From: Myxococcota bacterium
Lineage (GTDB): Bacteria; Myxococcota_A; Polyangia; Nannocystales; Nannocystaceae
Length of the DNA stretch: 64,000 nt
Direction of reading: 5' to 3'
NCBI GenBank assembly: GCA_039028615.1
Contig: JBCCHT010000002.1
Location: forward strand, 224,001-288,000
Made by a program: the position numbers and the translations under genes. Shown here piece after piece: positions 38,222 through 46,528 of this stretch. Numbering within the stretch: the first letter of the stretch is position 1; every line of letters begins with the position of its first letter. The notes beneath the pieces were generated by a model. That model was not told the origin of the DNA, made no database searches, and saw only the letters and a list, made by a program, of their open reading frames with translations.

Positions 38222-40126
38222 CTAGATCGGCTCGACCACGCCGCCGAGCAGCTCGGCCATGCGTGAGTCGATGACGTTCGAGGTGCTCGAGTTGAGCGCC
38301 GACAGCTCGCCGGAGACGACCTCACCGATGGACCGCACCTCGGCCAGCAGCGAGGTGAACAGCTCCTCCAGCGCCTGCATGTGATCGGCATCGCCGACCT
38401 CGGCCACGTGCAGGGTCGCGGGCAACAAGCCCCCGGTGGGGCCGGCCAGGCCGATGCCGTTGCCCAGGTCGATCTCGGGCAGCCCGATCAGGAAGGGCTC
38501 GGGCATGGTGGTGAACATCGGCCAGGTCTCGAGGTAGGCGTGCAGCCCATCGAGGCCCCGATCGAGGTCACCTAGGGCGCGAGCGAGGGTCCGGCGCTTG
38601 CGATCGACATCGGACTTGGCCCGGCTGGCGGCGCCGCGGCGCGCCACGAGCTGCTCCTTGACGGTCGCGATCTCGGCCTTGATGCGCTTCTTCTCTTCCT
38701 CGACGGGATTGGGACGAGGCCGGGGCGGAGGCGCCCCTTCGCCGGCCGGCGGGCGCGGCCGCGGGGTGGCCGGCGCGGGCACGCGAGGGGTGGGCACACG
38801 CGGCGTGACGGGCACCCGCGGGTTGATGGGCACCCGCGGGTTGATGGGCACCCGCGGAAGGGGCACGCGCGGCAGCGTGGCCATGGGACGAATCCCCGCC
38901 ATGTGCTCGAGCGAAGGGCGAACCCGGGAGATCGAGGCCGCATTCGTGAGCGGGCCCGCCGACGCAGCCGCGGTGGTGGTGGTCGTGGTGGTCGTCGTCG
39001 TGGTCGACGCGGCCGCGCCACGCCCGATCGATGCCGCGGCGATGCGAGACGCTGCGCCGGAGGTGGCAAAGGACGACAGCGCAGCCGAAGGGCGCGGCGC
39101 CCCGAAGCGACCGCCCGCAAAGGCAGCACTGGCTCGAGCCACACCGCGCGGCAGCAACACCCGCCCGGGGCCGGCCAGCGTGGGACGGGGACGTCCGCCG
39201 CCGCCACCACTGTTGCCCCGACCAACGGCCGCGAGCTTGTCCTCGAGCTCGGCCAGCCGCTCCTCGCTCTGCTCGACCTGGCGCTCGGCCTGGACGACGG
39301 CGGGCAAGGCCACCTCGACGGCATCGCTGGCCGACTGGGCCGCGGCGACGGCATCGGCCAGCTCGTCGAGCCGTGGGGTCACGTCGGCCAGCCACTCGGC
39401 GGCCATGGTCTCCTCGGCGAAGCGCACCTCGCCCGCCGTGGCCTCGGCCTCGACCAGCGTACGCAACGTGGTGAGAGCATCGTTGAACAGCGCCTCTTGC
39501 AGCTGGATGTCGTCGGCGACTCCGCCGAGGCCCTTGCGCATCATTCGGACCAGCTTGCGCAGCTTGGCCCGCTTCATCGCCCGCGTGTGCGTCGCCAGGG
39601 CCTCTTGCAGCCCGCCGATCAGCTTCTCGTCGTTCTTGGACTCGTCGCGCAACGCGACCAGCACGGCACCCAGGGACTCGGCCCCTTCCGCGGTGGCGGT
39701 CTCGATGCGCGTGCGCCACTCGGCGGCACGCAGACCGGTGGGGCGCCCGTCGGCACCCGCCGATTGGTCGAGCAGCAGGGTCAGGCTGATCTCGAGGGCC
39801 TGGCCGCGAGCCAGCGCGGCGGCGCGCTCCTTGATCGCCTTGCGGAGCTTCCTCCACTCGCGTCGCTCCGAGCCGAAGGCACGCGAGAAGAACCGATGCG
39901 ACTCCTTGAACTTCTCGAGGTCGGATTTGGCCAGGTTGAGCGCGAGCTGGAGCTCTTCGACGTTGGCATCGACCTCTGCGAGCTCGCCTTGCAGCTCACC
40001 GACCTGGCCGTCTTCGAGGGTCAGCCCCTCGACGAGGCCGGACAGCGCCTTGAGGGCGTCTTGGGCGGATGAAATCTCGGAGGCGCTCCGCAGCGCGGAG
40101 ATGGCTTCGGTGATGCGATCGGACAT
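38222..40126 (-). CDS. Coiled-coil protein with poly-Thr and Pro-rich repeat insert
   Basis: Heptad-rich helices, long poly-Thr tract, (PRVP-x) repeats; consistent codon bias. Confidence 0.7.
   Translation of the reverse strand: MSDRITEAISALRSASEISSAQDALKALSGLVEGLTLEDGQVGELQGELAEVDANVEELQLALNLAKSDLEKFKESHRFFSRAFGSERREWRKLRKAIKERAAALARGQALEISLTLLLDQSAGADGRPTGLRAAEWRTRIETATAEGAESLGAVLVALRDESKNDEKLIGGLQEALATHTRAMKRAKLRKLVRMMRKGLGGVADDIQLQEALFNDALTTLRTLVEAEATAGEVRFAEETMAAEWLADVTPRLDELADAVAAAQSASDAVEVALPAVVQAERQVEQSEERLAELEDKLAAVGRGNSGGGGGRPRPTLAGPGRVLLPRGVARASAAFAGGRFGAPRPSAALSSFATSGAASRIAAASIGRGAAASTTTTTTTTTTTAAASAGPLTNAASISRVRPSLEHMAGIRPMATLPRVPLPRVPINPRVPINPRVPVTPRVPTPRVPAPATPRPRPPAGEGAPPPRPRPNPVEEEKKRIKAEIATVKEQLVARRGAASRAKSDVDRKRRTLARALGDLDRGLDGLHAYLETWPMFTTMPEPFLIGLPEIDLGNGIGLAGPTGGLLPATLHVAEVGDADHMQALEELFTSLLAEVRSIGEVVSGELSALNSSTSNVIDSRMAELLGGVVEPI
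38810..38857. repeat. 18-bp tandem coding repeat (PINPRV)
   Basis: gggcacccgcgggttgat x2 plus a partial third copy, with degenerate flanking units. Confidence 0.8.
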
Positions 40127-40399
40127 GGGGCAGACCTTGGGGGCGTCGGGAAAAACGTGAACACACGGAGGACACGTCAGTCGCCCACGGCAACCGCGTC
40201 GTCCTCGAACAGCCGAGCAAGGCTAGTCGATTTACGGCCCCATTTGAACTGCATCGACAACGTCGCGGAACTGCGTTGGCCCATCGACCCCGCCTCCGCA
40301 CGATGATTCATCGCGCGAACCTGCCCCTCACAGACCCCAACTGCCACACGTGGCCCACAACCGACCTGGTGGCCGCTGCCGAGCCCGGCAACCGGCCTC

Positions 40400-41065
40400 T
40401 CAGAACAGGCTGGTCTGCGTGGGCGGGGGCCGGGTGGCTTCGACGGCCTCGATGAGCTGCGGCCCGTCGTTGCGAACATTGCCGACCGCCTTGGACACCG
40501 GATGCCGCACCAACGTGCCCGCCACGGCCGGCTGCACCAGCGAGGTGAGCATGTCCAGGTCCTCGCCCATCAGCCACGGCTCGACGCAGTCGGGCTCGAG
40601 CACGGCGGGCATGCGGTCGTGGATGCCCCCGATGTCCGACGAAGGATCGGTGGTCACGATGGTCGTATGCAGGCCGTCGTCGTCGGTCGAGACGAGCCCC
40701 GCCAACAGCAACAACGAGCCGTCGCCTCGACGAAAGTACCAGGGCTGACGCTGCGGCTTCTCCCACTCGTAAAAACCGAGCAGCGGCACGACGGCTCGAC
40801 TCCGGCGCAGCAGCGGTGCCCACAGCCCGCTCCGCAGTCGGTCGTCGCGGGCATTGATCGCGATGCCCCCTCGCCGACGCGGCACGCCCCAGCGCGCCAC
40901 CGACAGCTGCCGTCCCCGCTGTGGGTCGCGACGCAGCACGCCCACGGGGTCGGTCGGGGCCAGGTTGTAACGAGCCGGCAGTGCAGCCACTTCCTCGTCC
41001 ACGAGCTCGGCCTCGAGCATCTCGACGAGCTCGGCGCCGTCGGGGCGGACTCCTCGACCACACAT
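40400..41065 (-). CDS. SOS response-associated peptidase (SRAP/HMCES/YedK family)
   Basis: N-terminal MCGR, RYNLAPT, INAR, GFYEW, IHDRMP, VGNVRNDGP. Confidence 0.92.
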   Translation of the reverse strand: MCGRGVRPDGAELVEMLEAELVDEEVAALPARYNLAPTDPVGVLRRDPQRGRQLSVARWGVPRRRGGIAINARDDRLRSGLWAPLLRRSRAVVPLLGFYEWEKPQRQPWYFRRGDGSLLLLAGLVSTDDDGLHTTIVTTDPSSDIGGIHDRMPAVLEPDCVEPWLMGEDLDMLTSLVQPAVAGTLVRHPVSKAVGNVRNDGPQLIEAVEATRPPPTQTSLF

Positions 41066-41104
41066 GCCATGGACCATACCGCATGGGCCCTCTAGGATCC
41101 GAGG

Positions 41105-42250
41105 GTGCCGAGCCGGACGAGCCCCTTCTACGACGAAGACCACGATGCCTTGCGCGACACCGTTCGCCGCTTCGTAGAGCGAGAAGTCACCCCTCACGTC
41201 GACGCCTGGGAGCGCGCCAAGGAGTTCCCTCGCGAACTCTACCGCAAGGCGGCCGACGTGGGCCTGCTGGGCCTGGGCTTCCCGGAGGAGTACGGAGGCA
41301 TGCCCGCCGATCAGTTCGTGCGGGTGCTGGTGACCGAGGAGCTGTGCCGCTGCGGCGCGGGCGGGGTGGTCGCGGGCATGATGAGCCACGGCATCGGCCT
41401 GCCCCCCGTGGCCGCGCTGGGCTCCGACGAGCTCAAGGCCGCGGTCATTCCCCCCGTGCTCGCGGGCGAGAAGATCTCCGCGCTCGCCATCACCGAGCCC
41501 GGCGGTGGCTCGGACGTCGCCAATCTCCGCACCACCGCCCGCCGCGATGGCGACCACTGGGTGGTCAACGGCAGCAAGACCTTCATCACCTCCGGCATGC
41601 GAGCGGACTTCATCACCACCGCCGTGCGCACGGGCGACGCGGGCATGGGCGGTATCTCGCTACTGGTGATCCCCGGCGACGCGCCCGGCCTCGACCGCAC
41701 CCCCATCGACAAGATGGGCTGGTGGTGCTCGGACACCGCCACCCTGTACTTCGACGACTGCCGGGTGCCCATCGGCAACCTGGTCGGCGTCGAGAACCAG
41801 GGCTTTGCCGGCATCATGTCCAACTTCAACGGCGAGCGCCTGGCCATCGCGGCCATGGCCTACGGGTTCTCGGTGGTCTGCTACGACGAGGCGGTCAAGT
41901 ACGCCCGCCAGCGCGAGACCTTCGGCCGCCCGCTCGTCAAGCGCCAGGTCATCCGCCACAAGCTCGTCGACATGGCCCAGCGCATCGGCGCCACCAAGGC
42001 CTATCTCGATGGCATCACCTGGCGCGTCGACCAGGGGCAGTGGCCCATCGCCGAGGTCTGCATGCTCAAGAACCAAGCCACGCAGTGCATGGAGTTTTGT
42101 GCCAAGGAAGCGGTGCAGATCCTCGGGGGCGCGGGCTACATCAGCGGGGCCATCGTGGAACGGATCTACCGCGAGACCAAAGTGCTGGCGATCGGCGGCG
42201 GAGCCGAAGAGATCATGAAGGACCTCGCGTCGCGCCAGCTGGGTCTGTAG
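41105..42250 (+). CDS. Acyl-CoA dehydrogenase
   Basis: ALAITEPGGGSD, NGSKTFIT, RETFG, QILGGAGY, IGGGAEEI. Confidence 0.95.
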   Translation: MPSRTSPFYDEDHDALRDTVRRFVEREVTPHVDAWERAKEFPRELYRKAADVGLLGLGFPEEYGGMPADQFVRVLVTEELCRCGAGGVVAGMMSHGIGLPPVAALGSDELKAAVIPPVLAGEKISALAITEPGGGSDVANLRTTARRDGDHWVVNGSKTFITSGMRADFITTAVRTGDAGMGGISLLVIPGDAPGLDRTPIDKMGWWCSDTATLYFDDCRVPIGNLVGVENQGFAGIMSNFNGERLAIAAMAYGFSVVCYDEAVKYARQRETFGRPLVKRQVIRHKLVDMAQRIGATKAYLDGITWRVDQGQWPIAEVCMLKNQATQCMEFCAKEAVQILGGAGYISGAIVERIYRETKVLAIGGGAEEIMKDLASRQLGL

Positions 42251-42299
42251 CCCCGGGTACGCGCGCGAGCGCCTGACCGAGTCGCGCGGGGCTCGGCCT

Positions 42300-44003
42300 T
42301 CAGCTTCCGGTCGCCTGCGCCCGCAGGGCTTCGTGGCGCGCACGAAACGGGCTGCCCTCGACCCACTGCGGGCGTCGCTGGTCGTTGGCGAGGGCATGAC
42401 CGGTGCGGAAGTAGATGGTCACGTCCTGCACGATGCCCGCCATGTCCCAGCTGTCGTCGTACTCGTCGGTCACCTGGTGATAGCGGCCCTGGACGAACTG
42501 CACGAAGTCCTCGACGGTCACCGTCTCGACGTCGTTGGGGTCGTGCGAGATGCCCCCCACCGCGAAGATGGCCGGGACCCCGCGCAGCGCAAAGGGATAG
42601 TGGTCGGATCGAAAGAACGCCCCCATCTCGGGCGCCGGGTCGGGATAGAGCTTGCGCCCCACCGTCTGCGCCGCCGCGGCCATGTAGTCCTCGAGCTCCG
42701 AGCTGCCCAGGGCGACCACCGTCATGCCTTTGGTCGCGCCGAAGGGAAACAGCGCATCCATGTTGATCACCCCCACCGCATCGGCCAACGGCAACACGGG
42801 GTGCTCGGCGTACCAGGTCGCGCCCAGCAGGCCCTGCTCTTCGGCGGTGGTCGCCACCAGCACCACCGAGCGCTCGGGCGCCTGCGGCAGCGCGGCATAA
42901 GCCTGCGCCAGCTCGAGCAACGCGGCCGTCCCCGTGGCGTTGTCGACCGCCCCGTTGTAGATGGTGTCGCCCTCCCCCGTGCCGCGACCCACGTGATCCC
43001 AGTGCGCGGTATAGACGACGTGCTCGTCGGGCCGAGTTCGACCGGGCAGCACCGCGACCACGTTGTGCGAGACGACCGGATTGACCTCGCGCTCGAGCAC
43101 CACCGACAGCCGCAGCGGCAGCTCGGTGGCCACAAAGTCATCGCGAGTGACGGACGATTGCAGCCGCTGCAGCGTGGCTCGGCCCGTGTCGTCGAGGCCC
43201 TGCTCCAGCGTGAGCCGCTGCACCAGGCCCACGATCGGCACCTTCGCCGGGCCCGAGGACTCGGCCAGCTGCTGCTTGGGTCGACGCGCGCCCTGACCGA
43301 ACACCTCCCATGCGACCGGCGAGTTTTTGCTGTCGTGCAGGATGAGCATCGCCGCCGCCCCGTGCTCGGCCGCCTGCTCGGCCTTGTGCCCCGTGGTGCC
43401 GTACAGGGTGAGCGCCCGCCCGTCGAAGAACTCGGGGTCGTCTCGCGAGGGGCCCGGATCGCCGCGCACGACCACGACGACCTTGCCGCGCACGTCCACC
43501 CCCGCGTAGTCGTCCCAGCCGTACTCGGGCGCGGTGATGCCATGGCCCACGAACACCACGGCGGCCTCCTTCAGCTCGACGCGGGGGTCGACCGTGGCGC
43601 TGCCGACGATGAGGTCGTCGGGGACCGCGAGTGATATCGGCTCGCCCGCGCCTCGGATGGAGGCCCGACTGGTGTCTCGCAGCGTCACCGATCGCAGCGG
43701 CACGGGCTGTAGGTAGCTACCCTCGAGCCCCGGCTGAAACCCCGCCTGCGCCAGGTGGGCGGTGAGATACGCGACCGTCTTCGTCTCGCCCGCACTGCCG
43801 GGAAAGCGGCCCTCGAAGTCGTCGGAGGCCAGGACCTGGATGTGCTCGCGCAGGTCCTCCGCCTGGATGCTGGCCACCGCTCGCTCTACACCCTGCACCT
43901 CCGACGCCGGGCTCTCGCCGTGCCCGGCGGGATGGCAACCGACGACGACGCCGAGACTCAGGGTGAACGAGCCGAGAACACTACGGGTGAGGTCATTCAT
44001 CAT
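42300..44003 (-). CDS. M28-family peptidase lipoprotein with PA domain
   Basis: EGRFPG, AHWDHVG, NGAVDNATG, TAEEQGLLG, NMD, RSDHY, YHQ. Confidence 0.92.
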   Translation of the reverse strand: MMNDLTRSVLGSFTLSLGVVVGCHPAGHGESPASEVQGVERAVASIQAEDLREHIQVLASDDFEGRFPGSAGETKTVAYLTAHLAQAGFQPGLEGSYLQPVPLRSVTLRDTSRASIRGAGEPISLAVPDDLIVGSATVDPRVELKEAAVVFVGHGITAPEYGWDDYAGVDVRGKVVVVVRGDPGPSRDDPEFFDGRALTLYGTTGHKAEQAAEHGAAAMLILHDSKNSPVAWEVFGQGARRPKQQLAESSGPAKVPIVGLVQRLTLEQGLDDTGRATLQRLQSSVTRDDFVATELPLRLSVVLEREVNPVVSHNVVAVLPGRTRPDEHVVYTAHWDHVGRGTGEGDTIYNGAVDNATGTAALLELAQAYAALPQAPERSVVLVATTAEEQGLLGATWYAEHPVLPLADAVGVINMDALFPFGATKGMTVVALGSSELEDYMAAAAQTVGRKLYPDPAPEMGAFFRSDHYPFALRGVPAIFAVGGISHDPNDVETVTVEDFVQFVQGRYHQVTDEYDDSWDMAGIVQDVTIYFRTGHALANDQRRPQWVEGSPFRARHEALRAQATGS

Positions 44004-44584
44004 CGTTGCTCCGTGGAGGGGGCGAGAACCCAAGACAAGGCACACAGCACGCCGCGGCCGCGGGCCGGCCTCGGCTTGCGCAGGATGGCCAAGATCGCCT
44101 GCAGGTGACGGTTGATCTGCCGCAGGTCCTCGCGGCTGAGCCGAGCTTCGAGACGCAGCGACCACAGGTTGCGCAGCGGGCCACGCACCGCGACCTCCGG
44201 GTGCTCGAAGCCCTCGGAAAAGTCGCGCTCCGCCTGCCGCAGCAGCGAGCGCGTGGCTTTGCGCAGAGCCCCCACGTTGTCCGGGTCATCGGGCTCGTAG
44301 GCAATGTGCCAGCGCCGATGGGGTACGTCGTACAGCGCCTCGTCGCGACGCGAGGTCCCGCGCGAGCCCGCCTCGACCAGCAGCCCGACCGCGAGTAGCC
44401 GCCGTACGTGATAGTAGAGCGCGTCCGCGGGCCTCCCCAGCGACTGCGCCAGATCGGCCACCGACGAGGGCCCCAGTGCTTCCACTCGATCGAGGATGGC
44501 CTGGCGCACCGCCGACGTCAGCGCCTCGATCTGCTCGGGCTCCCGGATCCAACGAACCTTGGTCTTTGCCATGGGCGTCGTCAT
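44000..44584 (-). CDS. Winged-helix (ArsR-like) transcriptional regulator
   Basis: ALTSAVRQAIL...SVADLA..LG....LYYHVRRL..VGL. ATGA overlap with the peptidase. Start 44584 or 44572. Confidence 0.85.
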   Translation of the reverse strand: MTTPMAKTKVRWIREPEQIEALTSAVRQAILDRVEALGPSSVADLAQSLGRPADALYYHVRRLLAVGLLVEAGSRGTSRRDEALYDVPHRRWHIAYEPDDPDNVGALRKATRSLLRQAERDFSEGFEHPEVAVRGPLRNLWSLRLEARLSREDLRQINRHLQAILAILRKPRPARGRGVLCALSWVLAPSTEQR

Positions 44585-44585
44585 T

Positions 44586-44618
44586 AATTGAAAAGTTCTA
44601 CGTAAATTTCAATTGAAA
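44586..44618. promoter_or_regulatory. AT-rich inverted-repeat operator candidate
   Basis: aattgaaa-N13-tttcaatt (44586-44614) plus perfect palindrome tttcaattgaaa (44607-44618), abutting the regulator start. Confidence 0.6.
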
Positions 44619-44627
44619 CCTTCACGA

Positions 44628-44658
44628 AAGGCCCCTGGTCCAAGGACCGCGGGGCCTT
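44628..44658 (-). terminator. Hairpin downstream of the Cys-rich lipoprotein gene
   Basis: aaggcccc...ggggcctt with inner ggtcc/ggacc stem. Confidence 0.45.
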
Positions 44659-44685
44659 CTCGCTCCACTCGGCGGTCGCTCGCCC

Positions 44686-45618
44686 TCAGGCGTCTGCGCA
44701 GACGCCCGGCGGAGCGGACACGCAGGCCTCGTCGGGCGGCTCCTCGTAGTACGGGGTGCACGAGGTCCCGGGCAGAAGCGCCGGGCACGGGTCGTCGCCC
44801 ACCAGCGGGCAGTACGGCGTACAGCACCCCGAGCCCTCGCAGCCGGGGATGACATCGGCTCCGACGCATGCCGAGCCTTCGGGGCACACGTTGATGAACT
44901 CGCAGGCGTCGCCGATCATCGTGCCGGGCCGCGTGGCATCGGGGGCACACACGAAGCCCTGCTGTACCGGGTAGCACGCCTCCCCCTCTCCGCAGTCCTG
45001 GGCCAGCGGGTCGCAGCTCGGGATGCACAGCAGCAGGCTCGAGCTACCCGAGATCGAGCACTGATCGCAGGAATTGGGGCACACGGGGTCGTCGATGTCG
45101 CCAATGCAAAACTCGATGCAGGCGCCCATGTTCGTCTTTTCATCGACGTTCCAGCACATCGAGGTGCCGTCACAGTCGTCGATGCCGCTGAGCGCGTTGC
45201 CTTCGACCGAGCACGGCTGCCCCGGGGCGTTGGGGTCCTCGACGATGGGCACACACTTGGTCGCGTTCCACGTCGATCCGCCGTCGTTGGCGAAGGGCAT
45301 GCACTTGTAGCCCCGCGGGCAATCCTGGTCGATGATCGAGCAGAACTCGGGCAGGTCGGGCACGCCTCCGTCGTCCGTGGTGGGTCCGCTGTCCAGCACC
45401 CCGGTGTCTTGGGGTTCCTCGGTGGCGGTGCCGGGCAGCGTGTCGGTGGTACCGGGCGGGGTCGGAGTGCCGGTCGCGGCCTCGGTCCCGGATCCCGCGG
45501 TCTCGGCCTGGCTCCCGGCGTCGTCATCGGCCCCGACCTGAGGGCCACACGCCATCGTCAATCCCACGGCCATGGCGGCCGCCCATCTACCGAAGCCATG
45601 ATTCATGGATCGATCCAT
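44686..45618 (-). CDS. Cys-rich myxobacterial lipoprotein
   Basis: Lipobox TMAC, Thr/Gly linker, C..QDCP.G.KC.P.ANDG..WN..C, CDPL.QDC, C.FIN.C, CC.PYC. Confidence 0.85.
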   Translation of the reverse strand: MDRSMNHGFGRWAAAMAVGLTMACGPQVGADDDAGSQAETAGSGTEAATGTPTPPGTTDTLPGTATEEPQDTGVLDSGPTTDDGGVPDLPEFCSIIDQDCPRGYKCMPFANDGGSTWNATKCVPIVEDPNAPGQPCSVEGNALSGIDDCDGTSMCWNVDEKTNMGACIEFCIGDIDDPVCPNSCDQCSISGSSSLLLCIPSCDPLAQDCGEGEACYPVQQGFVCAPDATRPGTMIGDACEFINVCPEGSACVGADVIPGCEGSGCCTPYCPLVGDDPCPALLPGTSCTPYYEEPPDEACVSAPPGVCADA

Positions 45619-45636
45619 AGCACCGATCGGCGTGCA

Positions 45637-46512
45637 TCAGGGCAACAGACACAGCCCCACGGGTGCGGGTGTGCATCCCTGGGCCTCCTCCCACCCCACG
45701 GATGTGCAAATCGTGCCAGTGAGCAACGTCGGACATGGGTCCGGCCCTTCGAGCGGGCAATAGGGCATGCAACAGCCTGACGTAGGGCCATCGCAATCGG
45801 GCACGCCCTCACCTCCCCAACACACCGAACCGGGGATACAGGCGTTGATGAACCGGCACGGGTCACCGAACGCGCCATCCGGGCTCGGGGCGAAGACCGA
45901 GCATGCGAAGACGTTCCCGGATCGGCTCGGGAGGCACGCCTCGCCCGCGAAACAGTCGGGGGCGAGAGGGTCACAGGCCTGGAGACAGACGGATACGACG
46001 CTCTCGCCGAAGACCGGACAGTAGTCGCAACGATTGGCACAAAAAGGGTTCGTGTCGTCGCCGATGCAAAACTCGATGCAGTAGCCCGTGCCCGTCTCGC
46101 TGGCGCCTCGACACATCGACGTGGCGTCGCAGTCGTCGGTCCAATCCGAGGCGTCTCCGAACACCGAGCACGGCTCGTCCGGCCCCTGAGGTTCGTCGAC
46201 GACGGGCACACAATGCCGGTCGTTCCACGAGCTGCTGTCATTGGCGTAGGGCAGACACTTTTCACCGGGCGGGCAATCCTGCTCGACCATCGAGCAGGGC
46301 CCGGAAGGGCCGGTAGTTCCCGAGCCCTCGTCCGCCCCTCCCGTGGTTCCGGTCGACGCACCACGGGTGGTGGTGGTCTCGGGCTGTTGCCCCGTGGCCG
46401 TCAGCGGGGTGACGACCCCCGTGGTGGACGACGACGCACCGGGTTCGCCATTCGTGCCGGTCGGCGCCCCCGGGCCGCAGCCGAAGACGAGCACCGCCAT
46501 CGCGATGAGCAC
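45637..46512 (-). CDS. Cys-rich myxobacterial lipoprotein (tandem paralog)
   Basis: Lipobox VFGC; same Cys pattern as its neighbour. Start uncertain (46512 or 46500). Confidence 0.8.
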   Translation of the reverse strand: MLIAMAVLVFGCGPGAPTGTNGEPGASSSTTGVVTPLTATGQQPETTTTRGASTGTTGGADEGSGTTGPSGPCSMVEQDCPPGEKCLPYANDSSSWNDRHCVPVVDEPQGPDEPCSVFGDASDWTDDCDATSMCRGASETGTGYCIEFCIGDDTNPFCANRCDYCPVFGESVVSVCLQACDPLAPDCFAGEACLPSRSGNVFACSVFAPSPDGAFGDPCRFINACIPGSVCWGGEGVPDCDGPTSGCCMPYCPLEGPDPCPTLLTGTICTSVGWEEAQGCTPAPVGLCLLP

Positions 46513-46528
46513 CCGCCCCAGGTCGGCC

